A DNA stretch of 64,000 bases, from NCBI RefSeq assembly GCF_009914755.1, contig NC_060925.1; one strand, given 5' to 3'. The notes under the pieces were generated by a model, which was given only the letters and a program-made list of their open reading frames with translations, was not told the origin of the DNA and searched no databases. The DNA is from the human T2T-CHM13v2.0 reference genome, Homo sapiens. The translations under genes were made by a program, and so were the position numbers. Shown one piece after another: positions 1 to 18,353 of the stretch; position 1 is the first letter of the stretch, and every line of letters begins with the position of its first letter.

Positions 1-19
1 GCGCTGGGGCCTAGGAAGG

Positions 20-260
20 AGCTGTGGTGGATACTGGAATCTGAAGTGGGAGCCCCCAGACTTGGTGGATGGGTGTGGGTGGGAGAGACAGAGAACTCTA
101 GGATGATCCCAAGGTTTCTGGCTTGAGCAACTGCAAGGAAAAGCTGTCCCTGCAGATGGACTAGGAGATGAGGAAGGAGATGAGTATATTTAAAAATGAA
201 ACAAGGCACAGAGAAAGAGAAGCGTTTGATGTGCAAAGCTCCAGGGACAAGAGGAGCCCG
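20..260 (-). mobile_element. L2 LINE fragment
   Basis: Degenerate L2 motif ggatgatcccaaggtttctggcttgagcaactg; boundaries approximate. Confidence 0.55.
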
Positions 261-949
261 GAGAGGAGCGGGCCCAAGTGCGTGTGGAATGGCGGGGGGA
301 TGGGGGGGCTGTGGGAGCCCGGGCCCTGGTGAATAATGGAGGAGCCCGAGCCTTTGATGATGAGCAGCTGCCAGCAGCCGGCCGGGCAAGGGAAACAGTT
401 CTGCGTTGGGCCACTCCAGGACTCCCAGGGGACACACACTCTTGCCCCCTCCACCGCCCACCAGGCGGCCTTCCTCTGCTCTAACAGAAGTAGTGCTGTG
501 ACTATTCCAGAGGCTCGGAGCCTGCTAATACAGATTCCACCCGGGCAGGACTTCCCACTACAGCTTTGCTGCCAGATGGCGCCCCAGCTGTGCCCTCACA
601 CCTCCAGGGACACGGAGAGCAGGGTGAGGACAGGAGGAGGGGGAGCCCTTCCATGGACAGGGGTGAAGGAAGTCAACCTCCTATACTGTTATTCTGCCCA
701 TACTCCACCCTGGGCTTTCCGGAGACTCTGCCCAGGTAAAACCCTCCCCTGCCCTTGATCAGAGGCTACGTGGAGCCCAGAATGGAGAGGGCCGGGAGCA
801 GCCCTGGACTTCAGGGACGAAGCCTGATTCAATCTTTTGTTTTGTTATTAACTTATGGCTTAACCTGAACCCTCCAAATCTTATCCATTCACCGTCCCCC
901 ACCCAACCACTCCCCACTCACCCATCTAGCCACATAGCCAAGACCCAGA

Positions 950-1090
950 CAGAATGGATTTGGACACCGCTTTGCCACCTCCTAGCCTTGTGGCTGGGAT
1001 ATGCTTCTTGCCCTCTCTGAGTCTCAGCACCCCACCCCTCCGCTGCTGGAAATGAGGGTATTGATCTGTATCTACCTAGGGGTGGTTGTG
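950..1090 (+). mobile_element. MIR SINE fragment
   Basis: MIR core-like ctctctgagtctcagc...ggaaatgagggta...agggtggttgtggg. Confidence 0.5.
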
Positions 1091-2000
1091 GGGAGTATCA
1101 CAAGACACTTTGGGGTGTGACATCTCCCTTTCCTCCTATCTTGTCCGGGCGGGAAAGCCGGCTTCCTCTGTGGCATCCCCGGTCCCCCTCCCCCAGCACC
1201 TCCCCGCTCCTCAGCTCCTCACTAAACCTGCCTTCAAGCAAGGATGGGAAGGAGAGCGGCAGGAAAGCGCCCTGGCTGCTGCCTCCCCTTGGGGCACAAA
1301 AAGCACTGCCCCTCCGGGAAGGGGCGAGAGGGAGCAATCCAGGCGGAGGATGAAGGCAGGTAAATCTCAGGTGGAAATTTAGGTAGCAGTTGACAGGAGA
1401 GCCGGAAGTACTCACTGAATTGTGTTCCTGGCAAGGAAAAGGGCTCTGTTAACTGTGGAGTGCTGGACCAATACAAGCCATTATTATTGTTATGCCTTTT
1501 GTCTGTTTAATCCTCAGAATAATACAGTAAAGTGGGAGTGGCCACTGCACTCATTTAGAAAGGAAGAAACTAAGTGTCAGAATAGCAGCGGGCAGCTGGC
1601 ACTTGGTTCCTCCAGGGCACCTTAGCACCTGTATCCCTGTTGACACCTCTCCCCAGTGAAGCCCCACCTGGCCTCATTCAGGAGGCCTGGCAGGGCCGGG
1701 GAGCTCGGCGCCCTGCCCAGTACCACAGTGCTGTGGTGGCCCAGAGTGTGCCACTGCCTCCAGTTCCCTACGCCAGACAGGCCAAGTCCCGCCTGTGCAG
1801 AATGAAGATCGAACCTTACGAATGTCACTCGTCATGAGGCAGTGGCTCCCCTTGGACTGCTTCCTGCCTGAGTTCTTGAAAAGCAATTCACTGTGTGTCA
1901 AGTGACCACAGGAGATACGCAGAAGGCCCTGCCCTGAGCTGCCCTGGGCATCTGGCTCAGACGGTGGGACAAGGTGCAGCCTTCCATTAAAGCTGGGGAG

Positions 2001-2314
2001 GGCCAGGCGCGGTGGCTCATGCCTGCATTCCCAGCACTTTGAGAAGCCGAGGCAGGTGGATCACCTGAGGTCAGCAGTTCGAGACCAACCTGGCCAACAT
2101 GGTGAAACCTCTATCTCTACTAAAAATACAAAAATTAGCCAGATGTGGTGGTGCGTGCCTGTAATCCCAGCTACCAGGGAGGCTGAAGTGGAAGAATTCC
2201 TTGAAGTGGGAGGCAGAGTTTGCAGTGAGCCAAGATCATGCCACTGCACTCCAGCCTGGGCGACAGAGTGAGACTTTGTCTCAAAAAAAAAAAAAAAAAA
2301 AAAAAAACAAAAAA
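2001..2314 (+). mobile_element. Full-length Alu (AluS-type)
   Basis: ggccaggcgcggtggctca start, A-rich linker ctactaaaaatacaaaaattag, poly-A tail. Confidence 0.97.
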
Positions 2315-2999
2315 CTGCTGGGAAGGAATGCTGCCCACGGGCTGGGCTAGCCTAGACCCTGAGACCCTGAGCAGCTCTACAGCCTGGAAGGACCCAGCAC
2401 TCAGTCCCCAGTCCCCAGCACCCCTTGCAGTCAGGGCATCCTTCCCCAGGTGCCTCGGCTCTAGTGGCCGAGTCCAGAGCCCTGCTTCCAACACTCCTCA
2501 GGGCCATCTCTGTCCCTAACAGTACACCGTGCTGTGTGCAGCTCAGGGGATACGAGGGTGGGCCTGGTCCTAGTGACCTTGAGTGCCAAGTTAAGGGTTT
2601 CAGACTGGATGTGGCAGAACAAGGCAGGAGGCAGGCAGGATTTAGGTAGGCCTGCTGAGGGTCTAAATAGGTTTGGGAAGGATTTAAGGAAATTCTTAGC
2701 TTCTCTAGTGTGGATGAGCAATGGGTTACTGAGGGGAGCAGGAAATGTTACCTTTGAGGCTGACATCAGGGAGACCAAATTTGAGCCCTCTCAAATCCCT
2801 GCCTTGATGTTTTCTGTGCCATAAATAGGATCTATTCAAACATCCTTCCACCTATTCATTCCACCCATCCATCCACCCACCCACCACATACAGAGTCTAT
2901 CCTCTGTGTTCAGCAGGGGACTCTATGGACCTTGGCCTGAGGATGGCTTATTGAGGCCACAGAAGGCAAGTCTATCATCCTGTGTCTGGACACTACCCA

Positions 3000-3250
3000 C
3001 GATAATAACTGCTGTGTTTAAGGGCCACTGGATGCCATGAGCTGTGTTACGGGTCGCATATATATTCTCAGCACGGGCTCCCACAACGATCCCATGAAGC
3101 AGAGCTGGTAGCCCATTTACAAATGAGGGCCCTGAGGCTGAGAGAGTTTAAATGCCTCATGCAAAGTCCTGCCATTCATAAGTGGCAGGATTAGGACTTG
3201 AATCCAAGTCCATGTGACTCCAAAGTCTCTCAACTCCTTCTAATGCCTAA
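3000..3250 (-). mobile_element. MIR SINE
   Basis: cccatttacaaatgagggccctgaggctgagagagtttaaatgcc...gaatccaagtc core motif. Confidence 0.7.
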
Positions 3251-3989
3251 AATGTGATGGGGCTTTAGAGGGAAGGGGTATGGATCTGGGCACTTGTGCT
3301 TGTAGATTTGATGCGTAACATACAGGCCACGTGTCCAGTGCCTGCTCTGCCAGATTCAACCACTTGTTGAGTCCCCCTGCAGGGTTACGGGTGGGGACTC
3401 AGGGCTCCTGGTGGGTGCAGATGATCCATGAGAACCAAATCTGGAAAAAGACTCCTGGCATATTGTAGCGTGAAGTGGTTCTTCAAGTGGCCAGATTTAG
3501 TGTTCCCAGGTTGGAGAGAAGCAGACACCATGCATTAAAAATGACAGTGGGCAGTGTAAATTATCAGGCACAGTGCTTAGGTTTATGGACTTTGTCCATA
3601 ATTCTTGCTCGGTCCAGTGTGATCAGAAATGAAATACGTCCAGGCCGGGCCTGTTACTGTGTGTGGGCCTGGCGTCTTCCGGCTTATGTATCCTTCCTAA
3701 TCCACTTGGTAATTTATGGGGTCCGCCAAAAAGCCACCTGCCACAATGCCTCTTGGATTTCTTCAGCTGAGGATCATGCCTCCTCCCTTGCCATTAGGGC
3801 GCAGAAGGCAGAGACAGCAAAAGTTCTTCTGTTGAAGGTGCAGGGAGGCAGGTTGGAGCTGCACACAGTAAATTCTGGCATGACCCTTCTGTGGTCAGAT
3901 CCCTCTGAGAACAACTCAGGAGATTAACTCACAGTGACCTTCAGTGGCTCTGAGCCTGTCAGTCTCCACTCCCCCATCCAAGACTGGAC

Positions 3990-4165
3990 TTGATGACGCA
4001 AATGCCAACTCCAGTTGCCGGGTACGGCTGCCTGGAACAGAGAACTGACATTGATTCAGAGGAGCCTCGGCTTCATGAGAAAGATGCTTGTTTGATTAGT
4101 AATGTCTGCCATGGTCTTGAGATGCAGGGAGTGATGCTACACACACCATGTGCTTGCTGTCCCTA
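3990..4165 (+). mobile_element. hAT-Charlie DNA transposon fossil (MER117-like)
   Basis: tgccaactcc...ggctgcctgga...gattagtaatgtctgccatgg...ttgctgtccct resembles remembered MER117 consensus; similar copy at 7102-7271. Confidence 0.5.
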
Positions 4166-4284
4166 ATAGAGTCCCCCAAGGGCCTTTTAGCTCTGACATC
4201 GTGGCCTCTGTTGTGCCCTGTCTGTATAATGGAGGTGATAATTGATATTCCCTATTTGTAAACCTGGGGGTTAGACCAGGAGAA

Positions 4285-4520
4285 TCAAGGTCTTCCTCTG
4301 TGCTCCTGCAGCATTTTGTCCATGCCACTGTAAGCCAGTACGTGCGCATGCTAGCCTGGGGTACTCTGAAGGCTGGCATCTGATTTATCTCTGGGTCCCT
4401 GGCAGCCAGCACAGACATACGCACAGAGTGAGCTCTAGTGAATGTTGACGAATGGATGGATAGATGGGTGACTATATGGAAAAATGCATGAACGAATGGA
4501 TGGGTGGAAGGATGGATGAA
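4285..4520 (+). mobile_element. L2 LINE 3' end
   Basis: cagcacagacat...gtgaatgttgacgaatggatgg tail typical of the L2 3' terminus. Confidence 0.6.
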
Positions 4521-5195
4521 TGCATTGCAGCCTCACAGGGTGGTGGTGGAGATTGACCCCATGCTGTTAAACGTCTGGGGAATGGGGAGGCAAATGGAAT
4601 GTGAAAGATAAGATGTCAGGGTGCTGAACAGGAGGAACAAGGCCATGAGGCTGGAATGTGGAGGGAGTGTGTGGGGGCCTGAACCCTGTCCAGGAGATAA
4701 GCTTGCCTAGGCTTCAAAAGAGGGCTGGCTGCGGGTGGGGGCTGCCTCCAGCAGAAGGCACAGGGAACAGGGCACCAGCACTGGTGATATTGGTTTTGTT
4801 TAGCAAACTATGACTGTCCTTGTTGCTTTCTCTGATGATCTACGTAATGAATTTTCCTGATAAAAACATTCACGCAGAACAGCGCAATTACACAGAGCAA
4901 ACAAAAATCACTCCAGATCCCACCACTGTGAGGGAATCACTGGTAAGACTTGGGTGAACCTTTTTCAGAGACTTCTCTATGCACCTAAACATGTATGCAC
5001 GTGCATATATATTATACAAATACAAAGCTGCAAAAATGAGGCACTCCTTTATGTGCTGGGCTGTAACCTAATTTTGTCATTCAACGGCATGTTAAGAATG
5101 TATTCATCTGTATCATCATTTTAAAGGTGAAGAAATTCAGCTCAGAGATGGGAGGCCATTCACCCACATATCTACCCTGTGGATTTTCTCTCCCT

Positions 5196-5331
5196 CCCCC
5201 AGCCCCTTCCTTCCTTCCTTCCTTCCTTCCTTCTTTCCTTCCTTCCTCCCTCCCTCCCTCTCGCCCTTCCTCCCTCCCTCCCTTCCTTCCTTCCTTCCTT
5301 CCCTCTTCTACTTCTTCCCTTCCCTCCTTCT
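5196..5331. repeat. (CCTT/CCCT)n polypyrimidine simple repeat
   Basis: Direct reading: ttccttccttcc...ctccctccctc tract of ~135 bp. Confidence 0.95.
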
Positions 5332-5396
5332 TAAAGGAATAAGTTCACTGGAAGCACAGAAACAAAGAACTGTAAGTCTTACCATAGAGTATGTAA

Positions 5397-5780
<384 letters not shown>

Positions 5781-5789
5781 TAAAAGTGC

Positions 5790-6059
5790 AACAGTGCATC
5801 CCTGGGACTTGGGGGTGGCAAGTGTGATGCAGCAGGGCTTGAAATGTGCTTTGCTGTGAGGCTTGTTCTGTGTCTCTGCTGTTGCTGGGGAAAGAAGATG
5901 TCCTGGATGGCCTGCTGGTCTCAGGATGAGGATGAGAGACATGGAATGCAGAGCTACTCCAGCCAACCCACAAATTTGGGAGTGAGAAAAAAATGTTTAT
6001 TGATTTGCACCACTGAGATTTTGAAGTTGTTTGTTCTGCTGCAATAGTTGACTGATAGA
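5790..6059 (+). mobile_element. Old MaLR LTR (MLT1I/J-like)
   Basis: 3' end ccactgagattttgaagttgtttgtt...gcaatagttgactgata typical of MLT1. Confidence 0.55.
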
Positions 6060-6824
6060 TTGAGAATGGACCACTAAGTAACTCAAGCTCTCTGGTCTCA
6101 ATTCCCTCATCTGAAAAATAGGGATAGTAATGACCTAACTACCGGGCCATTGTATGAGTCAAATGGATGACTAACTGCACAGTTGGTAGTAAGCACTCGA
6201 TACCAACTCTTATTAGTGCCTGACCTTCGCGTGATGTTTTTCAAATCACATAACCCACTACTGAACCCAGAAATCGACTTAGTGCATCACCACTAGGGTT
6301 TTCTTTTGATATGATAGACTAGAAATTGATCACAATACTTTGCAATTAGGAAGGGTAAATATTGTTTTGTGGGACTGTTGTTTCAAGGTGTGTGTATAAA
6401 ACAAATTCCTTTCTGTGTGTCACAGTTAAAAAAATTGACAAGCCTCTGCTGAGCGTGGTTGGACTGTTTCCTTCCTGGTTGTTGGTCCTTGGCCAGGAGA
6501 CAGGAGCAGAGGTGGGGTGGGAGTGGGGGAGGGACACCAAGGGAAAGTATTAGGATCGTCATTTTCAACGAATATTTATTGAGCTCCTCCCAAGTGAGAC
6601 AGTGTCACATCTGGCACAGAGTTTGCACTCAATGAACAGCAGCCATTAGTTATTAATATCATTATGATTGTGCTGTTCCCAGTGTCTAATTTTCATCTCA
6701 TTCATTTATTCATTTGCTATTCAACAAACGTTGCCTGAGTACAGAGTGATGGGGACATAAAGATGACCCAGGTGTAGCCCCTGATGCTGCCCAGAGGCTG
6801 GTTTTTGTGTTGATTGACTTGTGT

Positions 6825-7050
6825 CCACCCTAGTGAGGGGTTAAGAGCTCCAAATCTGGAGCCAGACGGCCTGAATCTGAATCCCAACTCCTCTACTAAC
6901 CATCTGTGTAACCTCGGCCTCATCCATAAAGTGCAGACATTAGTAATGAGGTTGCTGGGTGTGTTAAATACTCACTTAGGCAAAGCACACAGAATGCTGT
7001 CTGGCCCACAGGATGCACACAGTGAGGGTCTGTTGGCTGTTATCACTGCT
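6825..7050 (+). mobile_element. MIR SINE
   Basis: ggttaagagc...tctggagccagacggcctgaatctgaatccc...gtgtaacctcgg. Confidence 0.75.
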
Positions 7051-7101
7051 GCCAAGGTTCAAGCGTGTGACTTCGAAAGAACCCAGGAGACACATGGAGC
7101 C

Positions 7102-7271
7102 CAGGATGGTAGCACACTTCATCTCAAGTGCTGGTGGCCTGGAGTGCTGTGTTGAGAAGGATTCTGCGATCGGATCTGGGCTCAGTAAATAAAGCCCTGA
7201 GTAATTAGGGATGTTGGCATGAGCAAGGAAGCGAGAACGGGGGTGCACGTTTCACCTACTTGCCATCCCTG
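7102..7271 (+). mobile_element. hAT-Charlie DNA transposon fossil (MER117-like)
   Basis: Termini caggatggta / tgccatccctg are inverted; internal ggagtgctgtgttgagaaggattctg. Confidence 0.6.
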
Positions 7272-8200
7272 ATCCAGCCCAAGCTTCTGCCTTTACAGAT
7301 AGGGAACTGAGGCCTCAAGAGGGGAAGGGGCATGCCCGGGTCACAGCTGGCATTCTTCTGGGATGGGACTCCTGACTTCATCCAGGGCTCCTGCTGATGA
7401 TTCTTCCACCGTGGGAGAACGAGAGGAGCAAGAAAGCATTTTCCAAGGCACTGTTGGAGCCTCTCCCCCTTGGCACCCACTCCTCTAGGAGTTCAGTAGC
7501 TTGCACCAGGCTTAATTGAGCTAGGGAACATTTGAGGCAAAATATGGCCCTGCGGAGAGCAGCCGCTTGAATGGCACTTTTTGGGATGATGAATGTACTT
7601 GTTTGGATTTGAATGAGGCAGAATCAGCAGATACGGTATTGCACTGGAAACCGATGGGGTGGAGAACTCTCCTTTTTTCCCTTGAAAAAGCATGATTTTT
7701 TATATTGCAATTAAACAGTCCTTTGGGCTGATTTTGCTTCTCTACTGCTGACATCGAAAAATGCCAAACAAAGATAGCGGCTCGCTCTCCTTGAGATGCA
7801 CCTCCAGAGATGGGGAAGCAGCTGCTGTGTCTCTTGGGAAAATGGGGTGAGAGATGCCAGCTCTGGGGTCAAGGGCTGCCGACACCCTCTTGGGAAATGT
7901 GGCTTCCCAGGCTGTATGCACATGACCTCCAGGCATTTGGGGGACCCCAGCCCAGCTTTTCCCATGAAGGATCACCAGCCCATGCCACAAGTTAGCTCTT
8001 CTACCCTGGAGCCCATGAATGACCCTATTTGCTAAGGACCCCAAAGACTGTGTATCTGAGATTCCCCACTGGGAGCCTAAGGTTTTGAGGGCTGGACCTG
8101 GCAAATGGTCCTGATTAGGGGTCACTTCAGTCCTGTGGGGGCACTTGAGGCTATTGAGTGCCCAATATCTGAGTCCCCTTCCATCTGCGGAGGCATTTCA

Positions 8201-8890
<690 letters not shown>

Positions 8891-9869
8891 GTGATGGTGA
8901 CAATGGCAGTCTCGCAGAGGGAGCCGAGTCTTCTGTGTGACTTGCTGCCATGGTGCGGGGCTGCCAGGCAGGGCCACCATAAGTGGCTGGTTCAAAGGTA
9001 CAGTGGTGGCTGAGTCCTCAGTGGCCTGGCCACCCTTGGCTCAAACCAATATCCTTTCAACTGGAAGCACTTTCCCTGCTTAAGTTGGTTACGTCTGCTT
9101 TTGTGGCCCTTAACCAAGGACCCTAACTGGTCCACACCGTAATTAATCCACAGCATGGTTTAGAGGAAGCTTCAGAATCAATTTGTGTGGTCAGGGCTGC
9201 CTTGGATTAAGAATGCAATATCCGTTATCTGCTTGATCCTTCACAACCCCCAGGAGGGACACAGCACCTTCTGTTTTCCACTTGCTCAGTTAGTACTTGT
9301 AGATTCACAAATGAGATAAGAGACAAGAGGACTTGCAGTCAATTAAAATAACTTTGCCACCAGCTGAGTATAACAGAATCCTTAGCAGACCTCAGTTCAA
9401 ATCCTGTCTCCATCACTTTCTTTGGATGAATTACCCCCCGCTCCCCGGTCTTGGTTTCCTTATTGGTAAAGTTAGAAGAATGATAACCAGAGAATTCCAG
9501 AAGAGAATACTGTAATGCAACATGCTGGCAATGTTGGTGGGCAGGACAGTGACTGATCTCACTAAAGAATTTGTGGTTCTTTCAGAGGTCGGGGCAGGGA
9601 AAGGGCACTGGGACTTGGGGGCAGGGGTGTGGGCCTGAGGGCAGGAGAGACCTGTGCTGGGCAGAGGGCCTACTCCACTCCCTCCAGGACGGAAGCGTGG
9701 CCTCTGTGTCACTCTTGGCTTTCAGTATGCTCAGACACTCCGTGGTCAGTCCCAGGACTGAAGTGTTCCTTGGGGCTTGGCACCTGTAGGCTATCTCAGC
9801 CACCCGGCTCCCTTGGGCTTCTTGCAGAGAGAAGGGTGAATGGGCTTCTATTAGCCAAGCAAATCCCAG

Positions 9870-10030
9870 TGGTTAGAAGAAATGGTTCCAGCATAGTCAG
9901 ACTGTCCAGATTAGAATCCCAGCAGCACCACCAACTTGCTGTGTGCCCTTGATCAAGTTAATTCACCTCTCTGAGCCCTAATTTCCCTATCTGTCCCTCA
10001 CAGGGTTTTTGCGAGGATTAAGCATTTAAC
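9870..10030 (+). mobile_element. MIR SINE
   Basis: gtgcccttgatcaagttaattcacctctctgagccctaatttccctatctgt. Confidence 0.7.
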
Positions 10031-10749
10031 GCCAAGCCTCCTCCAGATCTCTCCCAGAGCCGGAGGAAAGGAAGCTCAGTTGGAGCAGGAGTGCAGCTAA
10101 CAACAGGACTTGGCTTGCTCTGGGCTCAAGAGAGAGGCCTTGTTGAGGTTCACCAGTATCTGGAGCAAACCACAGTCTGGCTCCAGTGCTCAAGATGGTG
10201 CCTGATACAAAGACAGTAAGGGCTCCTCAAGTGGGAGCTGTAGTTATTACGATTTTGGGCACAGGCCCTCATTCAGAAAGTGGAGGAGTTTAATTACAGG
10301 CAAATTGTGAATAATGTGATTCTTTCATTCCTGTAACTGTGACTTTGAGACACCTGCTCCATTCAAGAAAAAAATAGGTTTAAATTGAAAAACGCTTCTT
10401 CTGCAGTCCTTAATCACCACCTCATTGAAGTGCGTGGTACAAAACGTCTTCTGCTGAGGAAGTCTGAGAGTGACAGGAAGAGCGTGAGAGGGAGGACAGA
10501 GCCCCTGCGTGGGGAGGGCCGACCTCCTTTGACTTGGCTGGAAGGGGGACTATCCTGACATGGAGCAAGATCGATGACACTTGGCCCCAGCCTTGACAGA
10601 GCATTTCACATTCCTCTAAGTGACATCTATGAAAAGTTTAAAAGCATAAAAAGCATAAAAATGCTTATTTGAAAATGTTGAGTGAGAAGAGCAGGATATA
10701 AAATTAGATGGCCAGATGATCACAACTATCTAAAAACAAACGTAATCTC

Positions 10750-13400
<2,651 letters not shown>

Positions 13401-13743
13401 TCGGATTTGTGTCCCATTGCGTCAGCCCCCAGGCAGCACAGTCAGTGTGGTGCACCAGCTCCCAGTGTGTGCAGGAGGCCATCTGCCTCTCCTCACCTAC
13501 AATGTCCAGCCTGGCACTCCTAGTACCCACCTGCCATGTTAAGGAGTTCACTCCACCCCATTTGGCAAGGACAGTGTCTGGATCCCAGGCTGGGGGTGGG
13601 GGGAAGTGTGGGAGAAAGGGGAAGGGGAAGAAATAACAAAGGAGACTGGTGGATGGTGGCAGCAGTTGTGGCCCAGGGGTGGGGAGGGGGGTGGGTGAGT
13701 CTGGTTCCCAGCAGGCGCCAGCAGTGTCAGGGAGCTTGGGGGC

Positions 13744-14225
13744 TGTCTTAGTCCATTCAGGTGGCTATAACAAAATACTGTAGACTGGGTAATTTATAAA
13801 CAATACCAATGTATTGCTCACAGTTCTGAAGGCTGGAAAGTCCAAGATTGAGGTGCTGGCAGGTTTGGTGTCTGGCGAGCGCCTGTTCCTTATGGACCGC
13901 AACTTCTTGCTGTGTCTTCATTTGGTGGAAGGAGCAAAGAAGGCCCCCTGAGGATCTGTTTTGTCTCTTTAATAGAGACGGGGTTTCACCATGTTGCCCA
14001 GGCTAGTCTCAAACACCTGGCCGGAAGTGATCCACCCTTGGCCTCCCAAGTGCTGGGATTATGGGTATGAGCCACCACGCCCGGCCCCGAGCATCTTTTT
14101 AAGGGCATGAGCCCCATTTATGAGGGTGGAACCCTCATGACTTAATCACCTCTTTATATTATCCCATTGGGTATTAGGTTCCAACATATGAATTTTGGGG
14201 GAACACCAACATTCAGATCACAGCA
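13744..14225 (-). mobile_element. MaLR solo LTR (MLT1A0-like)
   Basis: Ends tgtcttagtcc... and ...attcagatcacagca; near-identical 5-bp flanks ggggc/ggagc. Confidence 0.85.
13959..14086 (-). mobile_element. Alu left monomer / FLAM inside MLT1
   Basis: agagacggggtttcaccatgttgcccagg...gagccaccacgcccggcc. Confidence 0.85.
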
Positions 14226-14289
14226 GGAGCCAGGAGGATGGGTAAGAATGAGCAGAACCAGCCAGTGTGAGGGCATGGACTCAGCAAGC

Positions 14290-14650
14290 CCTGAGGAAGA
14301 ACAAAGGGCAGATCTGAGAACTTAGCAGGCAGCCTCAAAAGGACTTGAGGAGTAGCTGGATTTGAGTGGGTTTGGGGGACAGAGAGAAGGACCTGCCAGG
14401 GGGTCAAGATCATGTAATCCACCAAGGCAGAGAGTATGAGGAGCAGGAACGTGAAAAGACACCAGCTGCCACATCCCAATTGTGCAGTCTGGGTGCCCCT
14501 GGGCATCCTGGTGCTTGCCCAGTGGGCCACTGGTCGTGTGTGTCTGCGGGTCAGAGAGCTCCAGGCCTGAGCAGACAGCATGATGGTCAGCAGAGGGAAG
14601 CGTCTGGAAGCCTTGAGAGTGGAGACATTGCCTCGGGAGGAGGCAGAGGA
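14290..14650 (-). repeat. L2-like segment, arm 1 of an inverted pair
   Basis: Reverse complement resembles 15240-15339 plus 15672-15960. Confidence 0.7.
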
Positions 14651-15216
14651 GCCAGGGCCAGGTGCCAGGGGACACATACATTAAGGGAACACCAGGCTCT
14701 CGAAAAGGGAAATGAAACCAAGTGGCCTGTTTTCCTGCCAGCTCCTCCCTGGCTGTGACTTGAGACAGCAGAAGGAGGAGAAGGGGAGTGGGGAGGACTC
14801 TGGCCCTGAAATTGGAGGAGACAGGCCTCACAGAGGCACCAGACAAAGGCACCCCCTCCAAGGAACTCACCAACCTGGTTTCCTAATGTTCCAATCTATG
14901 TGTTTTTTTGTTTTGTTTTGTTTTTTTTTTAAAGAAGTTGGGCCAAATTCCAATCTGTAGTCCACCAGCCCTTCTGCTCTTTCCCTTTTCCTTCACTCAT
15001 GGACCCAGAAGTTACCGAGTGCCTACCACCAGGCTGCTGCTGGAATACCCTGGGGAATGAATCAGACATAGTCTCTGCCCTTAGGGACGGGCGTTCCAGG
15101 CTGGTGGCAGCCAGGTTAACAAGGGGGCTGGCAGTGACTCCCACAGGGCTCTCTGGAGGGTCAGCTCCAAACCCTTTTCTTCTCTGTTTCCAGCATTTTG
15201 TTCTCCCTTAACATAG

Positions 15217-15671
<455 letters not shown>

Positions 15672-16054
15672 TCCTGGAGCTTTCTGACCCTCAGACACAC
15701 ACAGCCAGAGGCCCACTGGACAAATGCCAGGATGCCCAGGGGCACCCAGATTACATATTTGCCAAGTGGAAGTTGGTGTCTTTCCACATGCCCACACCTC
15801 ATAGTCTCTGCCTCTGTAAATGGAAGACTGTCCCCTGCCCCCACTAACTCATCCTCACTTCTCTCTCTCCCTCTTCCAACAAATCCAGTCACTCAGGGAG
15901 TCCCACTGACAATGCCTGCGGAGTTCTTCTTGGATCTGGCTACATCTCTCTCCCTAGTACCTGTTCAAGTTCAGGCCCTCATATCTGATTGGTTCCCTCT
16001 CACTTCCATCTTTCTTTGGTCTTAAATCTCCCTAGTATGTAGTATGTAGTATGC

Positions 16055-16303
16055 AGCAGATAGGAGATTTTTAGTTGCAAGTGACATAAACCTAACTCAA
16101 ATTAGCATAAGCAAAAAATTGAATGTATTGGCTCACATAACTAAAAGGCTCAGGTTCGCTTCGGGCATGGCTGGATCCAGCAGATAAGCAAAGTCAAGAG
16201 GACCTGGTCCCTCTGCTTTGCCATTTTCTTAATCAACATAATTCCCTGGCACACTCTCTCCATGGGCTGGTCTCATTTTTCCCACATCAAGGCCAGCAGA
16301 GAG

Positions 16304-16334
<31 letters not shown>

Positions 16335-16560
16335 CAGATCTAACCAGAATCCAGCTGCATTTCATTGACTGTGACTGGGTTGCACAGTCATCCCTACACT
16401 AGTCACTGGGCACAGTGTATGCAGTACTCTAATGGGGCATGTCTGCACCATGTGCTTACCCCTGAGGTTGGCATGGGGTCAGCACCACATAAACCATGTA
16501 GGCTACAAGTAGGGAAAGGAAGGTGCCTCCAGGAAAATCCCTGTCTCTGTTTGGGTACAT
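16055..16560 (-). mobile_element. Old MaLR LTR (MLT1K/L-like) containing a poly-T run
   Basis: agttgcaagtgacataaacctaactcaaattagcataagcaaaaa...tattggctcacataact. Confidence 0.65.
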
Positions 16561-17118
16561 AGGATGGCTATGAAATTGGTGTCAGGAGAAATGACCAACA
16601 CTGCCTTACACAGGAAAGCACCGGCAGAGAACGGGAAGCTGTGAAAGGTTTGCTGAGCAAAAGCAGCATTAATTGTAGTCATTTACACACACATTTTCTT
16701 TTCTGCCCAATTATACCACGCAATCGCCATCACTTCTTTCTTGGGCGTGGGATTAACTCTGTTGTTCGTGATGTTTAATCACATCGCCGAACTCCGCTCT
16801 GAGACACTCGTCTGCACAGCGCCCCCCCCCGAGCAAGGCTGCCCTCTCTCACCCTAACACAGCCAGTGCAGAGCCTGCTCCGGGCCCACACAACACTGCC
16901 CAGCCAGGGCAGTTCTGAGCTGACCCTGGAGCTGACTTCAAGATGAACCTACACACACACTTGGCCTTGGGTCAGAGCCAAACCTGCCCGGGCTCTAGGA
17001 GGCTAAAGCCTTGTTGTGAGTGTTATGGGAGGGGGTCCCAAGGTCTCCTCCTGCCACGCAGATCCCCTGAGAGTGAGGGGCCTAATGGGGGAATGGGTTG
17101 ATTGTGTGTCAAGAAATG

Positions 17119-17428
<310 letters not shown>

Positions 17429-18351
17429 CTAACCCCAGGATTACCTGTGCCCCTTCCTTGATAAATAGGACCCGCCATCTCGGAAAAAGCTCCTAGGGCA
17501 TGAACCCCATTTATAAGGATTGTCAAGGCCTTCTCTTGAAAATACTGGGCCTGATCAAGGGTGTCAAGTGCAGAGGGCTTGTCCGAACACAATTTATTGA
17601 AGATGTGTGCCCATCTAGGTTTTGGCAGAAAGAGGAAAAGCAGGACATGGGTTCTGAGTGTATAAAGGACACAATTCCTGAGTGATCCCTGTGGGCGAGT
17701 CCGGAAAAAGTCATTTGTCCTGGGGCGCCCCCTGCTGGCCACAGACAAAAACGGCGTCCCCAGAGCTCAGGCCTGCCTGGGTAGACAGAGGCTCAGAGAG
17801 CCTGCGCAGACCTGCCTCTTTAGGCCTGGGGACCTCCATGCTGGCCAGCATTCCTCGGGGGCATGGTCAGATGGCAGCCCAGAGGAGAGGTCAAGTCCTG
17901 CAGCCTCTGACGGCACCCAGCTGCTGTACACAGAAATGTGTCCAAGATATTTTCTCTTCTCCCTCTTGGCATCAGGCTCCAAGGGTTGGAGCCTTGGCCC
18001 ACCGCAAAATGACTGGAACTGTCTGGGCAAATCCCTTCACTTCCTCAAGGTGCTGCTTGGCCCTGTAAAATAGGGTTGAAGTGCTTGCTGACTTCGCAGG
18101 TAGCCTGCGACAGATCGTAATAGGTGAACACAATTTGCAAGGTGCTTCTGTGTGTCACTCGAGATGATGCTCGCACAGGTGCCCTGTAAAAGCCATGCAT
18201 GTCTTAAACGTGTTGGCTGTGGCTCAGGTAAACAAATGTGGGAGCAAATCGTCCCGTGGCTCAGAGAGAAGGTGTACTGTGGTACCAGCCTGGAAGAGGG
18301 CAGAAGTTCTTGCAAGCTCTCCTGCCAGCTCAGCCCTGGCAGCTCTGGGAC

Positions 18352-18353
<2 letters not shown>
